A stretch of 63,393 nt of DNA, the filler included, from Basidioascus undulatus (Eukaryota), in NCBI GenBank assembly GCA_000826855.1. It is 10 parts of 10 records of this genome, joined end to end, with 100 filler letters (N's around TTAATTAATTAA, not from the genome) between each part and the next. Parts side by side here need not be neighbours in the genome. Positions count along the whole stretch, not along the records: positions 50,819 to 57,059 come from JTLS01001780.1; positions 57,160 to 63,393 come from JTLS01001781.1; 8 more parts are not named here. The stretch is one strand, 5' to 3'. Below the pieces are notes generated by a model that saw nothing but the letters and a program-made list of their open reading frames with translations, was not told the origin of the DNA and did no database searches. The number at the start of each line of letters is the position of its first letter. The first letter of the stretch is position 1. Below, piece by piece: positions 50,995 to 63,391 of this stretch. Both the position numbers and the translations under genes were made by a program.

Positions 50995-51841
50995 GCACGT
51001 CGCTGGGTCTGGATAGGTGTAGATGGGACGGAGGGGGTCGAAGGAATTGCGCACGCGCTGTTGATGCTTCCGATCGCTGGGCAATTGGCGAAACGATCTC
51101 TAGAGGGAGGCGGCCAGGGAGTGGCGAGGAGCTGACTACTGACAATCGTCGATCGAACGGCGCACGCCAGCGCGATGCGCCGGCGCTCCAGTACCGACTT
51201 CGCATGTTATCGCAGCTTAAAACGGTGCTCGTCCTCGGACGAGCCAATCATCGTCCTCATTCTCCCCTCAGAGCACTGGCCCTTCGCTAAACTCGTCGCT
51301 CCGTCGGACGGTGGCTCCACGCAATCCGCAGACCTTCTTTCTCGTCTCGCGGCCACCAGCGGCCATTCACGCTCGCTCGATCGACTGTCTCGCATCTGTT
51401 CCCGCATCTGCGAGCGCAAGTCAGCACACATTCGAGCGTGATATCGAGGCGACGGAACCTTCGACACCTGCTCCTTCCATGCATTCTCGCTGTTGCTCAC
51501 CACAATCTCACGATGTCAACGGTGCACAAAGCGCCAGCTTCGTGTCTTGGTCCCAGCGCCGTAGATCAGACGGTCCGGGCGCAGTCCACACCAACGTGAA
51601 CCCTGCTCACTTGGCGGACATAGCAGTTGGCTTCGCTGCCACTTATCAGGACGCGGACGGTAGCCGTCGAAATGGGATGATATATGAAAGCGTTGTACGT
51701 CGAGGTTTCTTGATGAAACGGAACAGCAGGAAAGATTCACGCCCATGCAAGATAAAGTACCGAGCGTCCGGTCGCAGTCCCTTCCCACCTCGCCCCACCT
51801 ATGCACCGGCATCTCTCCCTCCCTCTACCCGCGTCGACAAC

Positions 51842-52787
51842 TCACGCCCCGCTGGCGGCTGTCTCTGCTTCGGCAGCCTCTTTCTTCTGCTGCGCCGTCC
51901 TGCGCGGCCGGCGCTTCTTTACGTGCGCCAAGGCCGGCGGGAGCTGGAACCGGTCGGGGGGGAAACGCTCTCTATCCTGGAGGGGCAAGTCGTGCAGACG
52001 TACGTGAGCCGATCAACGTATCCCCCTTTCGCGGAAAGCTATGGAGTAGTGGCAAGTAGACGGGGGGGGTGGAAGGGGGGGGACGGCAAAAGAGACAAGG
52101 GAAAAGGACGCACGACGACCTCGCCCCTCTTGTGCGCCTTCGCGATCTCCACCCCGAGCGCGTGCAGCCTGTCCGCCTCATCGCGCAGGTCCGCCACGTA
52201 CGTTGCCTGTCGCCGGCGGTGCTGAATGGACTGTGGTGCGGCGTCGTGGGTATAACAGGGGTCAGGCCAAAGGGGAAGACGTGCAAATAATGGATGGATG
52301 GGGACCTCACCGAAAGCCTGTTGCGCTCTCTCCTGTGCGCAATCTGCTCTTCGCTCAGCTCCGGAGCCTGGCCCGCCTGGCTTCCCTCCTCCTCTTCCTC
52401 CTCCCACTCGCACTCCCCTCTCTCGTCCTCCAAGTCCGTCGGCGGCGTCCCCGCCATTCCCACGCTCGAGGATGAGACCGACGCCGAGGTGGACGCTGTG
52501 GACAGCCGCAGCGAAGGGGCCGTGGGGGGGCTGGCGGACGGAGACGGCGGGTAGGCCGGTGCATTGGGGGGAGGATGGAAGGTGAATGGGCTGGTAGGGG
52601 GATGGGGCGCTTCTGGGAGAGGGGAGAGCGAGGAAGGCGGGGAAGGCGCGTAGGAGTAGGAGAATGCCATCGAGTGACGGGAAGGATATGGGTACGTCGT
52701 CGGGCTTTCCGGGGCTGGCTCGGGAGCATACTCCTCAGTCTGATGATAAGGATAAGACTGGGAATAATGGTATTCGTAAAAGCTCAT
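51842..52787 (-). CDS. bZIP-like transcription factor
   Basis: P/S/Y-rich N-terminus, acidic patch, then RRERNRLS/(intron)/QHRRRQATYVADLRDEADRL; second intron; ends AASGA*. Confidence 0.7.
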
Positions 52788-53289
52788 TGTGACTCGAAAG
52801 AAGACTGCTGCTGTGTCGCTGTGTGAAGGTTTGTCGTGGGTGCAGGATAAGAGTAAGCCAGTGGCGGTTTGCGTTCTGTAGAAACAGCCAATGCTGCTGC
52901 CTGCCCATTTCCTCCGTTCCGCTTCCGAACGGCCACTTTCCCGCTTCGTGGAATTTATGAAGCTCTGCGACGCGAGCGACGTTCCGGAATAAAACAGACG
53001 AAACACCGAACACGCAGCAGTGACTCGGCCATTCTTTGTCATACCCGTCCCAGATCGACGGGCACGCGGAGCGCTCCGTTGGTGCGCAAGCAGCGCATCG
53101 GCCACACACCATTTCCGTCACGGGTGAACGGAGACCTCGCCGGCTGACACTTCAGAGGCTTGGAACTGGGATCCTGTGGCCGCTCTCTCGGCCGTTCTGT
53201 CATTCGGGAAAAATGGGATTGATCTGCATTCATTATCCGGAGCATTGAATAAGCATTGAAGACGGACCTGTAGATTGCGACCAGTTCCG

Positions 53290-54190
53290 CAAATTCAAAG
53301 ATGACGAGCAATACTTGGGTGGCCACCCTGTGACCCTGGATGTTCTACACCAAGATGCGATGTCCGGCCAAGAGTCAGCTGAGCAAGGTGAAGCTGAAGA
53401 GAAGATCTGAGGAGGTCGAGAAGAAGATTGTTCCATGGCCGCGACGTCTTTCTCAACTTTCGGGCCATGTAAACCAGCAATTAGGGGTCGTGAAACTCAC
53501 ATTGGGTTAGCTGTCTTTCAAATTTTCAACGTGGCAAAACGCCTATCCAGCGTGCCTGCCTCTGTCTATCGTGAAAAGCATGTGCTGATTCCGGAGAGGA
53601 TGTCGTTTTTTCTGGCTTGCATCGTTTCCCAAACATCTTCTTGGGAGGTTACACGGTCGAGATGTTTGAACAGGACAGCAGAGCCAAGAGCCGTATGACT
53701 GCAGAACGACAACGACAACTTTAGGCAATTTAAGTTACGACTGTTAACAGAGTGCAGAAATGCCGCAGCCGCAGGTCAGCGCCATATTGAATCCACGTTG
53801 ACAGTACCTAGCCTCGCCCTGGGACGCAGCCTGCGCTGTTGGGTCGAGGAGATGCTTTGGGATGATGAGGGACACTGCTGGAATACTGAACGCCAAGTGC
53901 ACCCTATCAGGCGAACGCGGAAATGCCGCAGGACAGTCTCCGGTGCGGAGAATGTTGTTGACGTTCGCAGTCTCGCCTCGCGACGCAGCGTTGCACTGTT
54001 CGTTGATGAACCAGAACGATCTGTTGCCCACCTGGAAATGTTATCGAATCCTTCAACTTCGAGTTTAAATAAACTCCTTGATACAGCTCGATAACCACTT
54101 CGTACCAGACGCAGGCAACTGTCTAACGCACTAAACAATGGTAAGCCTTTCGCACACACGTTGCATTGCCTCTGAAAGCACTCTGCCACA
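53290..54190 (-). pseudogene. Degraded hypothetical (possibly F-box-like) gene
   Basis: Protein-like segments (SALDSCLRLV...AVSRSLF) broken across frames. Confidence 0.2.
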
Positions 54191-54611
54191 CTCGATTAAG
54201 ACTTTGCGCCATTCTCGTCTTGGGTACACGATATGAAAAGGACGAAAGAATCTGTGCCCCTGGATCCCATTGAGCCCCACATCCTGCAGAACTTCATGCT
54301 CCAGGCTGTGTCCGCCTCCAGCGCCCAGCTACAGCTAATCTGCTGCACGGCGTCCTCGCTGTACGTCCGAATACACCGCCAAATGGGTGCTCATTCTCAG
54401 GTATTCTTGACATTTGGCTTGAGCGCTTTTCGTTGGTCAGGCCATAGAGTGAAGAACGCCGAGGCACGGACAAAAGCTGCCAGTGCACCCCCCTCTCTCT
54501 CTTGCCCTCCTCTCTCCATCCCTTGCCTCACGCTATCAAGTGCTGTATTTTCTTTCGCCAACAGAAGTCCCCTCCACTGATTCATTACCAGTTAGCATTA
54601 ACTCTATCAAC

Positions 54612-55302
54612 ATGGACATGAGCGGCATGGACCATGGTAGCATGGGCGGCATGGACCACGGGAGCATGGGAAAAAGTCGTCGTCTGAGTCGACCGGGGCC
54701 GTGTGCAAGATCAGCATGCTTTGGAACTGGAACTGGATAAGTTTTTTCGATACACATTACCACTCTAGAAAGGTCTGCCCTCATCGTCATGGGCAGAACA
54801 TCCAAGACACTTGCTTTATCAGGTCCGTTCTGCTCCGCGTCGATGATACGGATGGGGCTACTGTGGACTATCCACCCTCTCCACGCAACTACAGCAAGCA
54901 GTGGCATGTCCGTAGCACGGGTGCGTATTTTCCTCATTGATGTGTATACGGAGTCTGAGGAGCGTGTGGCGACATTCAGGCGCCTTTGCAGGGATGGTCA
55001 TAGGTGTGTTCCTGCTTGTCGTCGCCCTCGAATGCTTCCGCCGTTTCGCCAGGGAGTACGACCGGTCCATCATCTTCAACTACGTTACGTTGCTCACACT
55101 AACCTTCATATAATCCTTTTCAAGCCATCATGTCTAACCCTTTCTGGTGCAACGGCACCCAGATACAACGCTGAGCACGGCACGTTCTCCGCCGCTGACG
55201 TTGATGTGCATGTCACAGTTCGGGTGCTTTGCCGGGATCTTTGTCTCCAGCTGGGACACCTGCGGGGCCGCCGAAGAGCAGTCCGGGGGGTGTTGCTTCT
55301 GA
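54612..55302 (+). pseudogene. Ctr-family copper transporter pseudogene with internal deletion
   Basis: Mets motif MDMSGMDHGSMGGMDHGSM; frameshift at A-run ~54671; CKISMLWNW, DTCFI, QWHVRS, TM1 FAGMVIGVFLLVVALECFRR; C-terminal FAGIFVSSWDT...GCCF*; no TM2 MxxxM found. Confidence 0.85.
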
Positions 55303-57059
55303 GCACTCGGCCACCGAGGTGTTCAAGGTCGCAGTCATCTGGCAGTCCAGTCGCAAAAGCTTCCTTTGTTGTTCCTTCAGAGTTCAAAAGCTATGCTCGT
55401 TCATCTTCAGTTTCTTAGTTTTCTGTCGGTGTTGGGCGTTGTGCCGTTCTGTTCTGTTCACATTTAATCCTCATCTTCCATACATCCGCCACTCTTTCAC
55501 ATTTGGCCATGCCTAGTCGAATCATGCTGGCTTTCTGTCTTCCTTCGAATTGTATTGTCCGTCTGCGTCGACGTCGCAACCTCGATGTCAGCTCTTTTGA
55601 TGCCGACGCTCTCGCACTTACCAGCAGGCATGACCCTATTCAAGCCTCAACACCAATGGCTAAGCTAAGTGGTTCGGGGGGTAGGGTGGGGTTCGGCTGC
55701 ACGTATCCAAAACCCAGCTCCAGTGCTATCGGCAGTCTGGAGCAACTATAGAACAGAACAAGCTTCGCAATAGAGCAGCCAAAGCCCGCATTCTCTTTCA
55801 CTGAGCGTTCTGGACCTATTGAATTCATTATGTCAATATGGATTCAGTTTGTCAAGCCGTCCTGCAGCGCTGGATTGAACAAGCTCGTATGACCTGAGGA
55901 TGCGGGGGATGCTAACTGCATGCAGGTCTGCACGAAGTATTCGCCTCGATACGGTGCCTTTCTTCCCTATGTCCGCTCCCCCGGATATCTTCCACGGATC
56001 ACTGACGCTGCAATATTTATGGCCGCCACGAGCCACGCCCGTATCACTCGCCTCTGTCATACCTGCCGATCGTCCACTCGTCAGACGGTCGCAAGTTAAG
56101 CCTGTGCGGCCGGTGCGAAGCAGGTACGTTCATCATTGCACACTCAAGCAGTACTCCCTTCACCACCACCCAGTGCCTTACTCCACTCCCCAGTGGCCTA
56201 CTACTTAAAGGAATGTCAGGTTCAAGACCGGCCGCGGTACTGGGATACGTGTTGCGCACACCTTTCGTCCCTGACGCCAACCGAAGCGTCACTTCTGTGC
56301 GCTATGGGGGACTTACGTCTACGAACACCAGGCGATTTTTCTCTTGACCACGGTTTATGGTCTCCGACTGTACCGGGACTTCGACAACTCCCGAACCCAA
56401 GCCGTGCGGATCCACGCGCTCCCCGTCGCTGTCGGTTGCGCTAGGTTCGAACCGGTATCGTACGAGGTTGTGACCCGGGAAGAGGTCAAGGACGACGCGA
56501 AGGGGCTGTGTGGGGCGGACTTGAGAACACCCATTATGAGTTGACGGAAACCGAAGCTGCCAGTGAGTTTCCTTGCAGTTCTGTGGAACATATGCGGCGA
56601 TCGCTCACCCTGACCCTTGTGCAGTCTGTCGCGGAGATGCCGTAGTGGCCACGGTGATTCCATGTGTCAACGGCCTCTCACTATTCCGAGGGTTTCTCGT
56701 AACAAGAGACCACATCCCGAAGGAGTGTGAAACGTCGGAGGCTGGTGATTGTTGGTGGCTTGGCTGTAAGGGAGTGCTGCACGGGGGAGAGGTTTGTTAG
56801 GTGCACACGCACGAACTATTGAATGGAACAAATATGGACTGATACGGGAGAATGTATGGAACCTAAAGCTTAAGGCAGTGAAAGCGGATAAGGATAGAGC
56901 TACAACAGCGGAACGTGCTGGGGGATGCAATAATGGCTGAAAGTCTTCAAAGGTAGCGTAATGCTGATATGGCTCCGACCACGAATTCCTGAAAGGCAAG
57001 GAAAATGAGGGCGAGTGTGGTGAATCTTAAAGATGTGTTTTTTTTTGGGGGGGGGGGCG

Positions 57060-57159
57060 NNNNNNNNNNNNNNNNNNNNNNNNNNNNNNNNNNNNNNNNN
57101 NNNTTAATTAATTAANNNNNNNNNNNNNNNNNNNNNNNNNNNNNNNNNNNNNNNNNNNN
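57060..57159. other. Artificial contig linker
   Basis: 44 N + TTAATTAATTAA + 44 N. Confidence 0.98.
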
Positions 57160-57246
57160 TCTCTCCGCGCCCATACCATCTTCTTCTTCCCCCCCCACCT
57201 TCCCTCCTCATTCATTCTTCTGACCAACGCCCCCTCCTCGCACAGG

Positions 57247-58798
57247 ACTACAAAGTGAATCACATGTACCTCGCCCCGACCGGCCTCCGCGCAATCCAGC
57301 GCGAAGACCCCGAGGCGAAGCTGATGCGGCAGTACGACATCCGGAGCTTGCGCGGGATGTGGCTTGCCGGCGAGCGGAGCGAGCCGGGCATGTACGTAGT
57401 CCCTTTCCCCCTTCTTCTCTTCCACTCAAGGGGGAGATGGTGATGCTGATAAGGGATGCGGAGCCAGTGTATCGAGGTACCAGCGCCTCCTGAACGAGCT
57501 GTCCGGCCCGCGCGCGCTGGTGGTGGACAACTACTGGTCTGTTAGTCCTCTTTCCCTCCTCCCTTCTCCCCATTCTCTCTTTGCCCCACTCCCTGCCTTG
57601 TCTTCCCAAACTCATCTGCCCCTATCGGCAGACCGAGTCCGGCTCCCCCATCACCGGCCTTTCCCTCAGCACGGCCTACGCGCCCCTCCCCCCGCGCCCC
57701 GGCGCAGCGGGGATCCCCCTCCCGGGGATGGACGTGCGAGTCGTCGACGATGCCGGAAAGGAAGTCCCCCGCGGGCAGCTTGGGAACCTCGTGCTCGCTC
57801 AGCCGCTGCATCCGACGTTCTTGCCCGGGCTCTGGGAGAATGAGGAGGGGTTCGAAAAGTACGTGGCGGCCGAAGCGGTTGGTTTGTGTAATTTCGTGAC
57901 AGGAAAACTGACAAGGACAACAGGAGCTACTTCAAGAGGTTCCGTGGGAAGGGAGGCTGGTTCGATACGAGCGACGGTAAGGCTGTTTCCCTCGTTTCTT
58001 CTACTTCCCGGACGGCTGCGGGCTGTGGATATTCTTTTGAGTCGGAACTGACAATTTTCACTCTCTCCTGCAGCCGGCATGATCGACCAGGACGGCTACG
58101 TCCACGTCCTGTCGCGCAGCGACGATGTGCGTCATTTCCCCTCAGCCCTCCTTCATCTTCTCAGATCTCTGACGGTTTTCTCTGTATCTCATTCAAAAGG
58201 TCATCAACGTCGCGGGCCACCGTCTCTCCACCTCGCTCATCGAGCAGGTGATCGTCGGGCACTCGTCGGTCGCAGAGGTGCGTCAACGACCACAGCCAGC
58301 CAGCCTTCCATCGCATTCTGACAGTGTCTGTGTTTGTGTCTACTAGGCGTGCGTCGTCGGCCTCCCGGACAAGATCAAGGGCCACGTCCCCTTCGCACTG
58401 GTCTCGCTCGCGAGCGGCCAGTCTGCAACGCAGGACATGTCTGCCGTGCTGAAAGACGTGAACGCCCACGTCCGGAGCGAGTGCGTCCTTCTCCCTCCTC
58501 CCTCCCTCTCTCCCTTTCCTCTCCCTTACCGCAACTGATATTTCCTCTTCCCTTCCGCCGCAGGATCGGCTCCATCGCCTCGCTCGCGGCAATCCTCGCC
58601 GCGCCGAGCGGGCGGCTGCCCAAGACGCGCTCAGGCAAGACGTTGCGGCGCACGGTGCGCGCACTCGTCGAGAACGGCGCGGAGGGCAAGTGGGACGGCG
58701 AAGTGCCCGTCCCGCCCACGATCGAGGACCGCGGCGTCGTGGAGGAGGCGAAGAAGGCGGTGTATGAATGGTTCAGGAAGGGGTCGGCGAAGCTGTGA
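57247..58798 (+). CDS. Short-chain acyl-CoA synthetase (propionyl-CoA synthetase/ACSS3-like), 5' truncated
   Basis: APTGLRAI, LAGERSEP, VDNYWS/TESG, GWFDTSD, RSDDVINVAGHRLST, PDKIKGHVP, LPKTRSGKTLRR, PPTIED. Confidence 0.93.
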
Positions 58799-59280
58799 GA
58801 TGAGAGGAGGAAAGGGTAAGGGGAAATTGACGGTAAGCTTTAATGAAGGAGAACGGATGGGCGGAATTGTTGTACGACGGTTTGGAGTCGAACGGAATGA
58901 ACAGTCTTGGAATCGAAATGTTGCATCGGTTGCATGTGTGACTGAGTTGAAAGTGCTCATGTAAGGGTAAGACGAGTAAGAGCTCTCGTGTGCGAGTAAG
59001 ATCTCGTCATTTCAGCGGCGAAGACTGTCACGCTGCACGAGAACCAGCATCCGCCTGCAGTCTGGATACCGCATGCAGCTCGGAAACGGCAGGAACTGGC
59101 CGTATGCGTGGAGGATTGCGATGCGAGGACCGATCGACTGATAATACATACGAATGCAGCTCAAGAGCAAAACTGGGAAAGAAATGAAGTCCTCCATCCC
59201 AAAAAGCATCCTGCTGTCGCACACAAAGTCGTTAGCGAGGAGCACGCTGCGCCGGATCAAAAAAAGGACGTACCGCTTCC

Positions 59281-61552
59281 TCAAGACTCCTTCCAGCCCC
59301 AGCCGACCGGTGCCCACGCTTGCAAGTCCTCGTCCGGCAAGCGCCACTTGCAGCCCTTCGGCAGCCGGCGCGTCGCAAAGTCGAATACGGGCGCGAGCCC
59401 GTTGATCTCCCACTTTTCGACGTCGAGCACCTCGAGCTTGCTAAAGGCCCAGTCGTCCGCGTCCCCGGCATCGCTCGCAGGGCCGTCGAGATCCGTGAGC
59501 CTGACTTCGACGGAGAGGACCCGCTGAAGAAGCGCCCGGTCAACCCACACTTTCAATCAAAGCGCGTTTCGAAGGGAGAAGCAATCTAACGCACGACGTT
59601 GGGACAGCCGCGCGCAAGGTGCCGCAGGCTGTCAGAGTCCGGCAGGAGATCGCCTTCGCCTGCGCCTCCGCCGAGAACGAGTTCCTCGAGCTCTGGGTAC
59701 GCCTGCATTGCAACTCTTGTCAACTCGAGCCGCATCGCCAGCGTGAGGAAGAAACTCACCTCAGCGATGCGCTTCAGATCGTCGTTGCCGCAAACGATAT
59801 TGACGGGGAGGTAAAGCCTGCGGATCTCGCGGCACGAATGAAGCAGCGCATCGAGCGTGGGATGCGGGGTGATAATCGGGCCGACGTCCTCTTGCTCTTC
59901 ACTGACGATGCGGAGCGAGCGGAGAGCAGGGAAGCGGAGGATGCGATTGATGAGGATGACGAAGTCGTCTCGTGCTGCGTCGAGGTCGTCCAGCTGCTCG
60001 AGAACCGCTGCCAAAAATAATAGAGTCAGTCTAGCGGTCGAAGTGCAGAGGGGAACGATCAACGTACACAGAGACGTGAGATCAGGGCAGCGAAGAGCGC
60101 CGAGGATGTCGATCGAGTCACGCGTGCCGTGCGTCTGGATGCCGACCTTCCGAAGCGTGCTGAGTACCCCGCTTCTCGGAGCCGGAGACCTGCGGGCGCT
60201 GCAGCAATCGATGTACAGCTCCTTGAGCGAAGGAAGGTCGTGCAGCGCTTCGAGCAGGTGCAGCGGGAAGACGCGCATGCTGAGCTTGAGCGTCGTGAGC
60301 GCATTGCCGAGCCCCGCGCGAAGCGCAGTCGGCCCAAGCTCCTTCCTAGCCCCATCGGGCAGCTCCGAATCGTGCAGCCATAGCTCCAGCTCGTCCAACT
60401 CGGGACAGCGCGCCCTGACGTCCTGGAGCAGCGCGTCGCGAGCCTCGCCCGATCGCCCGAAGACTTCGAATCGCGCAACCCGTAGCGTGGGAGCGAGGAA
60501 CGGCTCGAGGACCGACGATGGAGTTTGCTCCGTCCGGACGCGAATCTCGAGCGTGCGGAGGCGAGAGAAGAGGCAGGGCCCGTGCGATGGAGGTGGCCGC
60601 AGAGTCGACCAGAACGGCAGAGTGGTATATACGACGTTCGAAGCGAGGAGATTAGGATCAATGTGAAAGACGCGGACGTTCGCGCACGTCTCGAAGAAGC
60701 CAGACAGCTTGTGCGGAGGCGCAGAAAGAGGGACGTTCAAGATCTGCAGGAAGGGACGTCAGATATGTTTAGCTCCGCCTGCAGAGGGATGTTGAAGGGA
60801 CCTACCCGCGTCGGCGGTAGAAGTGGTGGCTGGCCTGTCGCTGTGCTCACGATGGCGGGTACTTCGGTCACGAATTCCGCGGGAAGAGCGGATATCAAGT
60901 CAAGCGGCGTGACGACGTGCTTCTCCCAAAGAGCATCGCGCGCCAACGTTGACCAAGCGCGGCATACCTACACATTCTCAACTATTAGAGCAAGTGCCTG
61001 GAACTCTGTAGTTGAACAAAGGCGGACCCGGGCGCAGACAGCAAGTGACCGGTTCTCGAGATGATCGTAGATGAGGCTGAGAATGTCGTTGGTGAACAGC
61101 GCGCGATGCGGGATGAAGCCGGCGAACAGTCTGCCAGACGGGAGCGGGTGTCAGTTTGGTACGACGGGAAGCATGCTTCGCATCGGAGGCGTGAGGATGA
61201 GTGCGGCAGAAGTGCTGCTGAAGAACTTGCCTTGGCCTGACAAGCTCGTCGCTGCGGGAAACGCAACATCACTCTGGAACACATTTCCCTAAGGTCCGCC
61301 GAGCAAGAACAGCTTACCGAGGGCCATCCCGCTCTTCGGACCCATCTCGACTCTTCAGGAAGGACGGAGAGGACGGGGTGGTGGAGAACGAGCAAGCAGA
61401 AGAAGACGACGGCGCGGCACCGTCCTGTCCTTGAGTGTTGCGCATCGAGAGACCTGACATGCTGAACTCTCAGACGCGAGAGAGAGATGAGCAACAGATG
61501 CTAGCGCACCGAACGTGAAAGGTCCGGTCGGAAAAGAGCTCGAAGAAGACAT
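59281..61552 (-). CDS. F-box/LRR (RNI-like) protein; ends approximate
   Basis: F-box-like FTNDILSLIYDHL..RSLAVCAR/VCRAWSTLARDALW; LRR-like FSRLRTLEI, CPELDELEL, LPSLKELYI, FPALRSLRI, YPELEELVL. Confidence 0.72.
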
Positions 61553-62029
61553 GATGGTTCACTTGCGATGGAATACGCGGAGAGCAGAGTTGGCACGCGC
61601 AGAGTGAGTAGATGCACGAGTTGAATATGGTGGCACAAGAGGTGGGAGCTCAGTAAGGGAGTCTGATCAGAGCGGTGGTATGAACGAGTTTGCGTAGTAG
61701 TGCGTCGATGGTGGGAGAAGACAACAATGGGAGAAGACGCGCCGGGACGCGACTCGGTGGCAGAAGGAGGAAGACGGTTCACGGTCAGCCGGGACCGCCG
61801 CGGATGGGGGAAAGTGATTCTCTGCAATTCTCCGCAACGCAGACCTTGGCCGAGTCCTGTACTCGGCGAAGTTGGTTATATACATCTGTAACTCTCCGTT
61901 TAGTATGCTTGATTGGGCAGCTTTCACTGCGTGTCGAGCTCCGTTCCGTAACGGCAGCACCGAGCCGACATGTACGCTGTGTACCGGCACTGAGGGCAAC
62001 CAAACAGAATGCAAAGTGTTGGCTACTCA

Positions 62030-63250
62030 GCACCATAAGTATTAAGTATACAATACTTTTGCATCTTTGACAAAGAAGATGGTGGAATGTGGGTGCTGTG
62101 AGTGGTGTAAGCAGGTCACCAACAACCTTCTCATGCTGCCAGCATTCCTCAACCTCCCATCTTCAGCATTGTCATGTGTACCAGTCTTCAAGCCATTGCG
62201 TGGGAGTATTTCTTATGGTTTTATTGCTAACCATGGAAAAGTGTCAGAGTGACTGGTCTGTTTTGTTTCTCCTTTTCATGAGTCCTCCGCTGCCTGACAC
62301 CCTGGCACATAACAATTACAGGATCTGGAGTGCTCATGCACATGATTTGGTGCATCTGTCTACTCTTATGGTTGATCCACTCTGATGGGAGCACACAGAA
62401 GGACAGGTCACCGCTCTCTGTCTGTCTTGGTGGGATTCTTCCTGTCCTGCACACAGCAGTCCATCATCACACATAGTACTAGCTAACTGCTGTATCCATG
62501 CATGTTTTTTTTAGTCTGACACCCTGCTAGTGATTACAGACCTATGCCTGTCCAGCAAGACATATATCTATCCAGCCTGATGCAGCTTGTCTGCAATTTC
62601 AGAGACATATCTATTTTGGCAGACACATGTCAGCCAGATGCATGTCTATCCAGAGAGATGCATCCTATCTGCAGTAGAGACAGATGTATATGCTGGCAGA
62701 CAAATGTCTATCCAGCAAGATGCATGTCTATCCACATCACCAAACCAGACCACCAGACCAGACCAGAAGTTCAGACCAGACCAAACTGTCAGACACTAAA
62801 CCAGAAATTCAGACCACACCTGACCAAAATATCAGACCAGACCATAAATTCAGACCAGATCAAACTGTCAGACCATACCAAAAGTTCAGACCAGACCAGA
62901 CTGTCAGACACATGTCCAACCAGCCATACAGACATCTCAGTTTTTTTCAAGGCATGTGATTTCTTGCCAGATGCATCTTGACTGGCAATCCAGAACCAGG
63001 TCTACTTGCCCCAACATGTACTCCTGTGCCTCCTGTCCACAAACTCCCAATGTCTACTGCAGACCCCCCCTGTCTATCATAGAGAGCCCCTCCTTATCAT
63101 GAAGGAATCCTGTCAATTGGTGGACATCCACATGTCTGGGAGAGTGTAGACACATGGTGGACAACTCATTGGCACTCTCTGCCACCCAGTCTACCATGGC
63201 TTCCATGAGCTCTGACACATTGTGCACACTATTTGTAGTGATTGGACAGT
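62030..63250. mobile_element. CpG-purged repeat/transposon relic
   Basis: Only about three CG in 1.2 kb, CA/TG-rich, with internal short repeat arrays; no intact transposase recognised. Confidence 0.55.
62740..62935. repeat. (CAGAC) array with higher-order ~34-nt unit
   Basis: TTCAGACCAGA[C/T]CA[A/G]ACTGTCAGAC recurs near 62770, 62849 and 62885. Confidence 0.85.
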
Positions 63251-63311
63251 TTCGGAGAATGCGCATGGGTCTCAAAAAGATGAAAAGATTGTCGGGAGTT
63301 CAAAAATGCTG

Positions 63312-63391
63312 TGACGAGAGTGGGATTCGAACCCACGCCCTTTCGGACCAGATCCTTAGTCTGGCGCCTTAGACCGCTCGGCCATCTCGCC
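63312..63391 (-). tRNA. tRNA-Leu, anticodon AAG, intronless
   Basis: GGCGAGATGGCCGAGCGGTCTAAGGCG, anticodon arm CCAGA-CT-AAG-GA-TCTGG, long variable arm, GGTTCGAATCC T-loop, acceptor stem pairs; T5 Pol III terminator at 63302-63306. Confidence 0.97.

Noticed and set aside
55500..57059. Fragmented Cys-containing ORFs after the Ctr pseudogene
   Set aside because: Too degraded to assign any product from sequence alone.
6282..57159. Regularly spaced TTAATTAATTAA as a biological repeat or CRISPR-like array
   Set aside because: Always embedded in identical 44 N flanks; a synthetic six-frame-stop linker. ORFs ending XXXLIN are artefacts.
34234..58798. PPTase plus adenylating enzyme as a secondary-metabolite cluster
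   Set aside because: Different contigs; the AcpS-type PPTase and acyl-CoA synthetase are primary-metabolism types and no NRPS/PKS is present.
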